Shown here in pieces: positions 23,413 through 34,456 of a DNA stretch of 64,000 nucleotides. Position 1 is the first letter of the stretch. Each line of letters begins with the position of its first letter. The DNA comes from Hemiscyllium ocellatum (taxonomy: Eukaryota). Where the stretch lies: the NCBI RefSeq assembly GCF_020745735.1, contig NC_083445.1:1984001-2048000 (forward strand), written 5' to 3'. The position numbers and the translations under genes were made by a program. The notes under the pieces were generated by a model. It ran no database searches. It was given only the letters and a program-made list of their open reading frames with translations, and had not been told where the DNA came from.

Positions 23413-24465
23413 AGCGCAATAGTGGTCACCTGTAATGTGATATGAACCCAAGGTCCTGGTTGAGGCCCTCCCTATGGGTACCGAACTTAGCTATCAGCCT
23501 CTGCTCGGCCACTTTTCGCTGCTGCCTGTCCCGATGTCTGCCTTGGAGGATGGTCACCCGAAGGTCCAAGGTCGAGTGTCCTGGACCACTGAAATGTTCC
23601 CCAACTGGGAGGGACCCCTCCTGTCTGTTGATTGTTGTGCGGTGCCCATTCATCCATTGTCGTAGCCTTTGCTCGGTTTCCCCAATGTACCATGCCTCAG
23701 GGCATCCTTGCCTGCAATGTATAAGATAGACAACGTTGGCTGAGTCACATGAGTACCTGGCATGTACAAGTTGGGAGGTGTCCCCATGCCTAATAGTAGT
23801 ATCTATGTCCACAATCTGACACCATGACAGGGTTGGATGGAGTTGTCCTGAGAGCCAGGCAGCTTGCTATGAACAATGATCTGTTTGAGGTGTGGCGGTT
23901 GTTTAAAGGCAAGTAGTGGAGGTGTGGGGAAGGTCTTGGTGAGGTGCTCATCCTCATTGATAATGTGTTGCAGGTCACGAAGAACATGGCATAGTTTTTC
24001 AGCTTCTGGGAAATACTGAACAACGAAGGGTACCCTGTCAGTTGCAGCACGTGTCTGTCTCCTGAGGAGGTCATGACAGTTCCTTGCTGTGGCACGTCAG
24101 AACTGGTGGTCGATGAGTTGGGCATCGTACCCCGTTCTTGTGAGAGCATCCCTGAGTACTTCCAGGTGTCCATCACGTTCCTCCTCATCTGAGCAGATCC
24201 AGTGTACACGTAGGGCTTGTCCATAGGGGATGGCTGTTTTAATATGTTTTGGTTAGAAGCTGGAGAAGTGTAGAATTGTGAAGTTGTCTGTGGGTTTGCG
24301 GTAGAGTGTGTTGCTGAGGTGTCCATCCTTGATGGAGATGCATGTGTCCAAGATGAGACAGACAGTCGAGAGTAGTCCATGGTGAGTTTGATGGTGGGAT
24401 GAAACTTGTTGATGTCATTGTGTAGTTTTATCAGTGATTCCTCGCCATGGGTCCAGAGGAAGAAA

Positions 24466-24784
24466 ATTTTTTTTTAGATTAGACTTACAGTGTGGAAACA
24501 GGCCCTTCGGCCCAACAAGTCCACACCGACCCGCCGAAGCGCAACCCACCCATACCCCTACATTTACCCCTTACCTAACACTATGGGCAATTTAGCATGG
24601 CCAATTCACCTGACCCGCACATCTTTGTGACTGTGGGAGGAAACCGGAGCACCCGGAGGAAACCCACGCAGACACGGGGAGAACGTGCAAACTCCACACA
24701 GTCAGTCGCCTGAGTCGGGAATTGAACCCGGGTCTACAGGCGCTGTGAGGCAGCAGTGCTAACCACTGTGCCACCGTGCCGCCC
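24466..24784 (-). mobile_element. HE1-type V-SINE (tRNA-derived), young
   Basis: Minus strand: A-box TGGCACAGTGG, B-box GGTTCAATTCCC, V-domain gtgtggagtttgcacgttctccccgtgtctgcgtgggtttcctccgg, LINE-like tail. Inserted in the Penelope element. Confidence 0.92.
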
Positions 24785-25679
24785 ACCATGTCCTCAATGT
24801 ACCTGGTGTACAATGTTGGTTGGAGATCCTGCATTGAGAAGAACCTGTTCGAACCTGTGCATAAAAATGTTGGCATATTGGGGTGCAAATTTGGTCGCCA
24901 TGGTTGTTCCATGTGTCTGGATGAAGAACTGGTTGTCAAAGGTGAAGACGTTATGATCGAGGATAAAGCGGATGAGTCCACATAATCTGTTTCTTATTTG
25001 TTTTTTAACATCACTTCTGAACCTTCTGTATTGTACTGGATTCACAACTGTAATGACTACCTGACACATGTCATAAACACACTTCCTTTACTGAATTTCC
25101 ATCTCCTTTGACATCAAGGGAGATCTGCATTTGTTTGTCTCCCTTATCCCATTTGTGGGAATTTACCTTGACTGTGCCCAGACCATTTCTTCTCTGAAGA
25201 CAGCTCCTTTCTTATTGGTCTGGACACTTGGCTGGAGAAAATTCTCCTGAACATAGTCTAAGGATGCTTTCCCTTTGCTGCTCTTTATATTACCCTTATC
25301 TCAGATCATACCCCAGTATTTAAAAAGCCTATTATAATTATTCTATGAGGAGAGCTCCTCACTAAAATGTATTGGCCATTTTTTTCCCTCAATTACTCAG
25401 GGCCCCAACAGAAACCCAAAATAATAATGAAATTTCTCAAAAGAAGCTCTCAGAATGTTGTTTCTTTAAGTGCATTCATGAAAAGTTATTCCACTTTTAT
25501 TTATTTATTTAGCCTGGTGCTGTTTGATACTGATACTGGGTTTTAAAATAGAAACCAATTTTACTAAACATTAAAATCTGGAGAGCACCAGAAAGACTGA
25601 GTAGAATAATTTGAAGAATATTTGAACTTTGAGTTGTTCAGTATCATAATTTAATTTTTGATTGGAATGAACTTTACAG

Positions 25680-25925
25680 ATGCACCAGCAAAAGCAGAGA
25701 TCTTTAAAGCTCAAGAAAACTGGATTGAAGGGGAATCACAGAATTTAACATGTCATGGGCAAGGGAACCCAGATCCCCAGAGGGTCTGGATCAAAGATGG
25801 GAAAATGGAAAGCAGAGAGATACTCTACATCCCATCTGTTCAAATGCAGCATGGGGGACTGTACGTGTGCATGGTCAAAAATGAGCACGGATCTAAAACC
25901 TCATCTCTAAATGCAACTATTTTGT
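25680..25925 (+). CDS. Gene A, Ig domain 5 exon
   Basis: tttacag|ATGCACCA...ATTTTGT|gtgagt; 246 nt. The join gives LHVL-Y-APAK, like ICAM LRVLYGP. Protein NLTCHGQGNPDPQRVWIKDG...HGGLYVCMVKNEHG. Confidence 0.88.
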
Positions 25926-26281
25926 GTGAGTATCAGAATCCAGGAAATTGAATCTTTGATTCTACTTTTATTCTGAGCACTGTGAACATTGTGCGATATT
26001 CTTAGACCGTCAGACCCAGTAGCTGTAAACCTGAATTAGTATTTACACAATGACTGCATTTCACTGTGAACATACATCACAATAACAGATGACTGTAAGT
26101 ACGTCCCAGGCTGTAACACGACTGCAGAGATTCACCTGTTCTGAATGACTGTTGGAAGATAGATGACAGCACGGTATGTGGGAGGTTTAGACATCCTGTT
26201 CATTGACGCCGTGTTGGGGAGCTGTATCAGTGATCCTGTAGGTCTGCCTGCCTATTTTCATCTTTTTCTTCTCTCTTCCAG

Positions 26282-26584
26282 ATAAACCACGAGACACAAT
26301 CATGACCATATCGGTAAATAACAAAACCATATCAGGAAATAACACAACCATGTCAAGCATTCCAGTAGAAGTTACTGAAGGTGATGAAATTACATTAAGC
26401 TGTAAGTCCAATGGAAGACCCTCACCTACATTAGAGTGGGTAAACCCCAGTAATGGCAGCAACATTGAGATTTCTGGATTTCTGCACATTCCGGACGTAA
26501 CCTCAGAACATCAAGGAATTTATAAATGTAGAGCTACCAATCAATATGGAATTGATGAGAAGGAAGTGGACATCAGGGTCAAAG
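26282..26584 (+). CDS. Gene A, Ig domain 6 exon
   Basis: ctctcttccag|ATAAACCA...GTCAAAG|gtcaga; 303 nt. Protein EGDEITLSCKSNGRPSPTLEW...HQGIYKCRATNQYG...IRVK. Confidence 0.88.
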
Positions 26585-27471
26585 GTCAGAATCTAATATT
26601 TCTATTGTCATTATTAGTTTGAGCTCCTATTTTACTGCACCCTTCCTGATGATGGGACTAATGGATAAACTGTTGCCTGCCTCTAATAATGCTGCTCTGT
26701 AACTGGCCTCTGGTACATTGGGTACGGGTGGTTCAGTGTGAGAATCTCTTGCATGTGCTCCTCTTTGTGTGTAGAAGCGCCATCCTCCTGCTCTGTGTTT
26801 GCCCCACCTGCCTGGGGAATAACTCCAAGGCAGGAGGAGTGGGACACTTCACGGCTGTGAATCCACACATTGCGACTCCATGGAGCAGAGTTTTGGCAGA
26901 TCAGTGAGTGCAGAGCATGTCTCTGGGCTTCACTTCTCATTGTGATGGCAGCAACAGGGAAAAGCAGTGAAAAAGTACAAGCTGGAGGTACTGCAAACAC
27001 AGCAGCTCAAATCAGTGTCTCAGGGAAAATACAAATGAATATTAGGGTTGAATACTTAAAGAAAGACAGGAGATTTCATCGTGCTATTCGCAATGTAAGA
27101 GACAGAGAATAATTAAGATTTCTGGAAATTCTGAACTACTTTAAAAGAAATCTTGATATCACATGTGTGGAACATTACATTAAGTTTACTTATCAATGTG
27201 AAATTCCTGCGGAATGTAAATAGGGAATTGACAGTGAGTTGAGGGCAGACTGCCAAGGAGTGGGGTGTGATGTGGGAAGAATGAAAGAAGGTGAAGAATA
27301 CAAGCAGGAAAACAGCCATGGAAGAGCTGAATAAAGCACACGGGACATTACATCAGAAAATACCCTTTGTTTATAATCCACAGATTTTGGAAATCCTCGG
27401 GCATGTTGCAATCAGTATATTTCCCTGGATTGTTGATGATTTGTGTATCTTTTCTTTCTTTGTTTTCATAG

Positions 27472-27707
27472 GTTTAAGATGGTTAATACCAGTCGTGGCA
27501 GTGATAGCAGCAGTATTGTTGATAATTGCACTGATGGCCTTGTACTGGAAATACAGTGCCCATAAAAGAGGACATTATAATGTACAGAATGCAAAACCCA
27601 ACAACAATCTACAGATCCCCAATGGGCATGAACACCAACAGAATGTTCCTTTAAAGAATCTTGACCCACATCATAGTGAAACAATTACAAATGGATTGAA
27701 CCAATGA
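27472..27707 (+). CDS. Gene A, transmembrane plus cytoplasmic tail exon
   Basis: tgttttcatag|GTTTAAGA; TM segment WLIPVVAVIAAVLLIIALMALY, tail KRGHYNVQNAK resembling ICAM5 KKGEYNVQEA and VCAM1 KGSYSLVEAQK; stop TGA at 27705-27707. Confidence 0.88.
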
Positions 27708-28539
27708 TAAAGATGTTACATGCCCTGACTTTGCAAAATATTCCAGTGGTCCTGTTGTACATGTAGTTACTGATGGGTGCCACTCATTGCCATGTTAGAG
27801 TCTGTACCAGCTGTAAAGACAACTAGTTACTGACAATCCTTTCTATATTTTCGGCAATTTTTGAATTACTGTGGTGAAACTTTTAATTTGATCTTCACAA
27901 ACAGTAGATAGTCACCTGAACTATGGCATTTAGAAAGGCTCATCTCTGTTAACTTCAGAGCTCCGTAAACATAACTATTTTCTCACGACCTGACATGAAG
28001 ACTGCGCTATGTTGATTTGGTTGTATTTTTTTTATGATGTATATTGTACAAGATGATAAAATGGGAACTACCTTTGAAACATCACTAATTTAAAAATTCC
28101 ATCCATGTGCTTCAATGACACCATGCTTTTGATCTTCTCTATCTTAAACCTTAATACAACCAATAATCAGGGACCATTGTGTGAGAATAAGGGATTTCAT
28201 ATTTAAGATGCAGTTGGACATGGAATACTTCTCAAGGATCATGAATCTTTGGAATATGTTCTGCCTGAGAGGGGTAAATACAGGGTTCAGATTATTTGGA
28301 TTCAAGGATTATGCAGCTGAAGCCAGGTGTACCCTCAAGCCTGAACTCTGTGCTGTTCTTGTTCATCCTGAATTTCTCCACCTTGTTGTTAGTGGTTGTG
28401 CTTACAACTACATAAACTCAACAGATCCATGGAAGCTGTGATTTGCACCAATGCAGCCAGACTCTCTGATTAACTGCTGTATTCAGAATTTGACCAAAGC
28501 AGGAGATTCTCAGTAAGATGGTGGAAGTGATTTCCTTTC

Positions 28540-29240
28540 GTTAAAAATCACATGACACCAGGTTATCGTCTGACAGGTTTGTTTGTAAGTACAAGATTTT
28601 TTGGAGCGCTGCTCCTTTCTCAGGTAGCTGGTGGAGGAGGATCATATGATACGGTTTATAGCAAAACATCATAGTGTCATACACTGATGCAATATATTGA
28701 ATAAACCTAGATAACTGTTAAGCCTTTCATCTTGTAGAATGGATTGCAGATTTCAATTCGTTAATATCTAAATCCCAGAATTTCTTTCAAGTTACACTCC
28801 CGAAATAATTCAAGGTTTTATAAAAAAAAGTGACATCATAAGGTGTGAGGTTAGAGTCTGTATATATTTCAATCTTGAGCCTGACTGGTTCTATTTCCAA
28901 AGTACGAATTTGTAAAATGTCACATGGATTATAAAAAACATTGACTGCCTACACAGTGTGTGCTTTTTGAATAATATAGAATGTATCTGGAAATGCAATT
29001 CTGCAAATTTTGGAAATAGAACCAGTCTGACTCAAGATTGGAATGCATACAGACTCTAACTTCACACCTTTAATGTATTGTCTGAGCTGAGATGTCACCT
29101 TTTTCTTTATAAAACCTTAATTTATCTCAGGAATATGGCCTGAAAGAAGTTACCTGATGAAGAAACAGCGCTCTGACAGCTAGTACTTCCAAATAAACCT
29201 GTTGGACTATAATCTGGTGTGTGGTTTTTAGCTTTTTGTC
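28540..29240. mobile_element. Penelope-derived inverted-repeat element (same family as 23051-23400)
   Basis: Inverted pLTR/3'UTR copies; decayed core cctgatgaagaaacagcgctctgacagc near 29153. Confidence 0.7.
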
Positions 29241-29452
29241 AGAGTATTCAAGGAAAATTATTTCACCTTTTATCTTGTGTTTTATTTAGCCTGTTTGATA
29301 CTAACAATGCTTTTTAAAATAAAAGCCAGTTTTATTCTAAACATTGAAATCTGGAGAGCACTGAAAAGAATTTGCTGAAGAATTTAAACAATATTTGAAC
29401 TTCGAGTCGTTCAGTATCATGATTTACTTTTTGACTGGAATGAACCTAACAG

Positions 29453-29668
29453 AATGTAAAAGCAGAGATCTTTAACGTTCAAGGGAAATCACAGAATTTG
29501 ACATGTCATTGGCAAGAAATCAGAGAGTCTGGATCAAAGATTAAAAAATGAAAAGTGGAAAGATACTCTCCAACCCATCTGTTCAAATGCAGTGTGGGGG
29601 AGTGTAGGTGTGCATGGTCAAAAATGACCGTGGATCTAAAACCTCATCTCTAAATGCAACTATTTTGT
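29453..29668 (+). pseudogene. Degenerate duplicate of gene A D5 exon
   Basis: Colinear with 25680-25925 and its flanking introns, but has two internal deletions and TAC>TAG (ctgtacgtg vs gtgtaggtg). Confidence 0.85.
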
Positions 29669-29924
29669 GTGAGCAACAGATTACAGGAAATTGAATCTTT
29701 GAATCTATCTATAATCTGACTACTGGGAACACTGTGTAATATCCTTAGACCATCAGATCCAGTTGCTGCAATTATGAATTAAAATTTTCAAACCCTGTGG
29801 CTGTAATGTGAATTAACACAATGACTGCATTGCACTGTGACTGTACAAAATAACAGATAGAGTCACAGAGTCATAGAGATGTACAGCATGGAAACAGAGC
29901 TTTTGGTCCAACTCGTCTTGCAAC

Positions 29925-30812
29925 ATGTATGAGGTGAGGGAAGCCATTAGCGTCCCTGCTGATTACACTTGCAAGAAGTGCACCCATCTCCAGCTCCTCC
30001 AAGACCGTGTTAGGGAACTGGAGCTGGAGTTGGATGAACTCCGGATCATTCGGGAGGCAGAGGTGGTCATAGATCAGAGCTTTAGGGAAGTAATTACTCC
30101 GAAAGTTATAGAGAGATGGGTGACAGTGAGGGGGAGTGGGAGGAAGCAGCCAGTGCAGGGACCCCCTGCGGTCATTCCCCTCAAGAACAAGTATACCGTT
30201 TTGGATACTTGGGGGGATGACTTATCAGGGGTAAGCAACGAGGTTCAGGCCTCTGGCATGGAGCCTGGCCCCGTTGCTCAGAAGGGAAGGGTGGAGAAAG
30301 GTAGAGCAATAGTTCTTGGGGACTCAATAGTAAGGGGCACAGATAGGCGGTTTTGTGGGGGCGACAGAGACTCACGATTGGTATGTTGCCTCCCAGGTGC
30401 AAGGGTACGTGATGTCTCTGATCGTGTTTTTCGGGTCCTTAAGGGGGAGGGGGAGCAGCCCCAGATCGTGGTCCACGTTGGCACCAATGACATAGGTAGG
30501 AAGAGGGGTGAGGATGTCAGGCAGGCTTTCAGGGAGCTAGGTTGGAAGCTCAGAGCTAGAACGAACAGAGTTGTTGTCTCTGGTTTGTTACCCATGCCAC
30601 ATGATAGAGAGTCGAGGAATAGGGAGAGAGAACAGTTAAATGCGTGGCTACAGGGATGGTGCAGGAGGGAGGGTTTCCGGTTTCTGGACAACTGGGGTTC
30701 TTTCTGGGGAAGGTGGGACCTCTATAAACAGGATGGTCTACACCTGAACCTGAGGGGCACCAGTATCCTTGGGGGGAGGTTTGCTAGTGCTCTTTGGGAG
30801 GATTTAAACTAA
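29925..30812 (+). CDS. CR1 ORF1: Cys/zipper N-terminus plus SGNH/GDSL esterase domain (295 aa; first codons probably truncated)
   Basis: CKKC, heptad LQDRVRELELEL, then GDS-IVR, VHVGTND, DGLH. Confidence 0.9.
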   Translation: MYEVREAISVPADYTCKKCTHLQLLQDRVRELELELDELRIIREAEVVIDQSFREVITPKVIERWVTVRGSGRKQPVQGPPAVIPLKNKYTVLDTWGDDLSGVSNEVQASGMEPGPVAQKGRVEKGRAIVLGDSIVRGTDRRFCGGDRDSRLVCCLPGARVRDVSDRVFRVLKGEGEQPQIVVHVGTNDIGRKRGEDVRQAFRELGWKLRARTNRVVVSGLLPMPHDRESRNREREQLNAWLQGWCRREGFRFLDNWGSFWGRWDLYKQDGLHLNLRGTSILGGRFASALWEDLN

Positions 30813-33697
30813 CTCTGCAGGGGCATGGGAACCTAGACTGTAGCTTTATGGTACAGGACCTTGAGTGTAGGGAGGTTAGGACCAAGGCATCGGTCTCGAA
30901 GGAGGGTGCCTGTAAACAGAAAGGTGGCTTGAAGTGTGTATACTTCAATGCCAGAAGTATAAGAAATAAGGTAGGTGAACTTGCAGCGTGGGTTGGTACC
31001 TGGGACTTCGATGTTGTGGCCATTACAGAGACGTGGGTTGAACAGGGGCAGGAATGGCTGTTGCAGGTTCCAGGGTTTAAATATTTTAGCAGGGTCAGAG
31101 ATGGGGGTAAAAGAGGGGATGGTGTGGCATTGCTTGTCAAGGATAGTATTACAGCGGTGGAAAGGACGATGGAGGAAGACTTGCCATGTGAGGTAGTTTG
31201 GGCTGAGGTTAGAAATAGGAAAGGTGAGGTCACCCTGTTAGGAATTTTCTACAGGCCTCCCAATAGTCCGAGAGAAGTAGAGGAAAGTATTGCGAGGATG
31301 ATTCAGGAGAAGAGTGAAAGTAGCAGGGTGGTTGTTATGGGGGACTTTAACTTCCCAGATATTGACTGGGAAAGCTATAGCTCGAGTTCGTTAGATGGGT
31401 CAGTGTTTGTCCAATGTGTGCAGGAGGGTTTCCTGACACAATATGTAGACAGGCCAACAAGAGGTGAGGCTATACTGGATTTGGTTCTAGGTAATGAACC
31501 AGGCCAGGTGTTAGACTTGGAGGTAGGTGAGCACTTCGGGGACAGTGACCACAACTCGGTGACTTTTACTTTAGTGATGGAGAGGGATAAGTGTGCATTG
31601 CAGGGCAAGAGTTATAGCTGGGGGCAGGGAAATTATGATGCGGTGAGGCATGACTTAGGATGTGTGGATTGGAAAAATAGGCTTCAAGGGAAGAACACAA
31701 ATGGTATGTGGACATTGATCAAGGAACAGCTATTGGGTGTCCTTGATAAGTATATACCAGTCAGGCAGGGAGTAAAGGGTCTTGTGAGGGAGCCCTGGTT
31801 TAATAAGGAATTGGAATCCCTTGTGAAAGGGAAGAGGGCGGCCTATGTAAAGATGAGGCGTGAAGGTTCAGTTGGGGCGATTGAGAGTTATAAGGTAGCC
31901 AGGAAGGATCTAAAGAGAGAGCTAAGAGCAGCGAGAAGGGGACATGAAAAGTCCTTAGTTGGTAGGATTAGGGAAAACCCAAAGGCTTTCTATAGGTATG
32001 TCAGGAATAAAAGGATGACTAGGGTAGGTATCGGTCCAGTCAAGGATAGTAGTGGGAAGTTGTGCGTGGAGGCGGAGGAGATTGGAGAGACACTAAATCA
32101 ATACTTTTCGTCAGTATTCACTCAGGAACAGGACACTATTGCTGATGTGAATATTGAGTCACAAGTGATTAGAATGAATGGCCTTGAGGTATGTAGGGAA
32201 GAGGTCTGGGGAATACTGGAAAGGATGAAAACAGATAAGTCCCCTGGGCCTGATGGCATTTATCCTAGGGTTCTCTGGGAAGCTAGGGAGGAGATAGCAG
32301 AGCCATTGGCCTTGATTTTTAAGTCGTCATTGTCTACGGGAATAGTGTCAGAAGACTGGAGGATAGCGAATGTGGTCCCCTTGTTCAAGAAGGGGAGTAG
32401 GGATAGCCCGAGTAACTATAGGCCGGTGAGTCTCACTTCTGTTGTGGGCAAAGTCTTAGAGAGAATTGTAAGGGATAGGATTTATGAACATCTGGATAGG
32501 AATAATGTGATCAAGGATAGTCAGCATGGTTTTGTGAAGGGCAGGTCGTGCCTCACAAACCTTATTGAGTTCTTTGAGAAGGTGACTAAGGAGGTGGACG
32601 AGGGTAAAGCAGTAGATGTGGTGTATATGGATTTTAGCAAGGCGTTCGATAAGGTACCCCATGGTAGGCTAATGCAAACACTACGGAGGTATGGCATTGA
32701 GGGTGCATTAGAGGTTTGGATTAGGAATTGGCTGGCTGGAAGGAGACAGAGGGTAGTAGTTGATGGAATAGGTTCATCTTGGAGTGCAGTTACTAGCGGT
32801 GTTCCACAAGGATCTGTTTTGGGACCATTGCTGTTTGTCATCTTTATAAATGATCTAGAGGAGGGGCTTGAAAGCTGGGTGAGCAAGTTTGCGGATGACA
32901 CGAAAGTCGGTGGAGTTGTGGACAGCGAAGAAGGATGTGGCAGGTTACAGCGGGATATAGATAAGTTGCAGAGCTGGGCAGAAAGGTGGCAAATGGAGTT
33001 CAATGTAGCTAAGTGTGAAGTCATTCACTTTGGTAGGAGTAACAAGAAGATGGATTACTGGGCTAATGGTAGGCTACTTGGTAGTGTGGATGAGCAGAGG
33101 GATCTTGGTGTCCATGTACACAGATCTCTGAAAGTTGCCACCCAGGTAAATAGTGCTGTGAATAAAGCATATGGTGTACTGGGCTTTATTGGTAGAGGAA
33201 TTGAGTTCCGGAGTCCTGAGGTCATGTTGCAGTTGTATAAGACTCTGGTGCGGCCTCATCTGGAGTATTGTGTGCAGTTTTGGTCGCCATACTATAGGAA
33301 GGATGTGGAGGCATTGGAACGAGTGCAGAGGAGGTTTACCAGGATGTTGCCTGGCATGGTAGGAAGATCGTATGAGGAAAGGCTGAGGCACTTGGGGCTG
33401 TTCTCATTGGAGAAAAGAAGGTTTAGGGGAGATTTGATAGAGGTGTACAAGATGATTAGGGGTTTAGATAGGGTAGACACTGAGAACCTTTTTCTGTTAA
33501 TGGAGTCAGCTGTTACTAGGGGACACAGCTTTAAATTAAGGGGTGGTAGGTATAGGACAGATGTTAGGGGTAGATTCTTTACTCAGCAGTTTGTGAGTTC
33601 ATGGAATGCACTGCCAGTAGCAGTGGTGAACTCTCCCTCTTTATGGTCATTTAAGTGGGCATTGTATAAGCATATGGAGGTTATTGGGCTAGTGTAG
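30794..33697 (+). CDS. CR1 ORF2: APE plus RT (967 aa)
   Basis: Same motifs as 9777-12674 and uninterrupted; TTG start overlapping ORF1. Confidence 0.93.
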   Translation: MGGFKLTLQGHGNLDCSFMVQDLECREVRTKASVSKEGACKQKGGLKCVYFNARSIRNKVGELAAWVGTWDFDVVAITETWVEQGQEWLLQVPGFKYFSRVRDGGKRGDGVALLVKDSITAVERTMEEDLPCEVVWAEVRNRKGEVTLLGIFYRPPNSPREVEESIARMIQEKSESSRVVVMGDFNFPDIDWESYSSSSLDGSVFVQCVQEGFLTQYVDRPTRGEAILDLVLGNEPGQVLDLEVGEHFGDSDHNSVTFTLVMERDKCALQGKSYSWGQGNYDAVRHDLGCVDWKNRLQGKNTNGMWTLIKEQLLGVLDKYIPVRQGVKGLVREPWFNKELESLVKGKRAAYVKMRREGSVGAIESYKVARKDLKRELRAARRGHEKSLVGRIRENPKAFYRYVRNKRMTRVGIGPVKDSSGKLCVEAEEIGETLNQYFSSVFTQEQDTIADVNIESQVIRMNGLEVCREEVWGILERMKTDKSPGPDGIYPRVLWEAREEIAEPLALIFKSSLSTGIVSEDWRIANVVPLFKKGSRDSPSNYRPVSLTSVVGKVLERIVRDRIYEHLDRNNVIKDSQHGFVKGRSCLTNLIEFFEKVTKEVDEGKAVDVVYMDFSKAFDKVPHGRLMQTLRRYGIEGALEVWIRNWLAGRRQRVVVDGIGSSWSAVTSGVPQGSVLGPLLFVIFINDLEEGLESWVSKFADDTKVGGVVDSEEGCGRLQRDIDKLQSWAERWQMEFNVAKCEVIHFGRSNKKMDYWANGRLLGSVDEQRDLGVHVHRSLKVATQVNSAVNKAYGVLGFIGRGIEFRSPEVMLQLYKTLVRPHLEYCVQFWSPYYRKDVEALERVQRRFTRMLPGMVGRSYEERLRHLGLFSLEKRRFRGDLIEVYKMIRGLDRVDTENLFLLMESAVTRGHSFKLRGGRYRTDVRGRFFTQQFVSSWNALPVAVVNSPSLWSFKWALYKHMEVIGLV

Positions 33698-34024
33698 GTT
33701 AGGTAGACTTTGGTCGGCGCAACATAGAGGGCCGAAGGGCCTGTACTGAGCTGTATTTTACTTTGTTCTTTGTTCTTGGTTCGTCCATGCCGACTCAGAT
33801 ATCCCAACCCAATCTAGTCCCACCTGCCAGCACCCGGCCCATATCCCTCCAAACCCTTTCGTTTCATATACCCATCCAAATGCCTCTTAAATGTTGCAAT
33901 TGTACCAGCCTCCACCACATCCTCTGGCAACTCGTTCCATTCACGTACCACCCTCTGCATGAAAAAGTTGCCCCTTAGGTTTCTATTATATCTTTCCCAT
34001 CTCACCCGAAACCTATGCCCTCAA

Positions 34025-34456
34025 TTTGTGTTGCAGATGTTTCATCCCCTGTCTAGGTGACATCCTTAGTGCTTGGGAGCCTCCTGTGAAGCGCTTCTGT
34101 GATCTTTCCTCTGGCATTTGTACTGGTTTGAATCTGCCGCTTCCAGTTGTCAGTTCCAGCTGTCCGTTGCAGTGGTCAGTATATTGGGTCCAGGTCGATG
34201 TGCTTATTGATTGAAGGTCTGGATGAGGGGACCCAATATACCGGCCACTGCAACGGACAGCTGGAACTGACAACCGGAAGCGGCAGATTCAAACTACTAA
34301 AAATGCCGAAGCAAAGATCATAGAAGCGCTTCACAGGAGGCTCCCAAAAACTGAGAATGTCACCTAGACAGGGGATGAAATGTCTGCAACACAAATTCCC
34401 AGCTCGGCGAACAGAACCACAACAACGAGCACCCGACCTACAAATCTTCTCACAAA
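34025..34456. mobile_element. Fold-back Penelope-derived element (same family as 19362)
   Basis: Inverted arms around a short loop; TSD ctatgccctcaa (34013-34024, 34457-34468). Both hammerhead cores are mutated (CUAAGGA, CUGAGAA). Confidence 0.85.

Larger units (their letters stand above)
23051..25080 (-). mobile_element. Penelope-like element 3' half: RT remnant, GIY-YIG endonuclease, pLTR
   Basis: RT FILDHNVFTFDNQFFIQTHGT.M.TKFAPQYANIFM (24794-25069); GIY-YIG NVVYLIHC...WYIGETEQRL...EQRLI..GLN (23426-23812); the 3' repeat carries a hammerhead core. Confidence 0.88.
29918..33780 (+). mobile_element. Young near-full-length CR1 LINE with open ORF1 and ORF2
   Basis: ORF1 29925-30812, ORF2 30794-33697, (ctttgtt)n tail; TSD tcgtc at 29913-29917 and 33781-33785, inside the 3' tail of an older CR1. 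Confidence 0.95.

Noticed and set aside
24700-24784. tRNA-like sequence with A and B boxes
   Set aside because: It is the head of the HE1 SINE, not a tRNA gene; no full cloverleaf.
26683-27000. 105-aa minus-strand ORF nearly identical at 40236-40553
   Set aside because: It has a non-ATG start and no recognisable domain, and the conservation is explained by nucleotide-level identity of the tract.
27708-28540. Poly(A) signal for gene A
   Set aside because: No canonical AATAAA was seen before the downstream repeat, so the 3' end is left unannotated.
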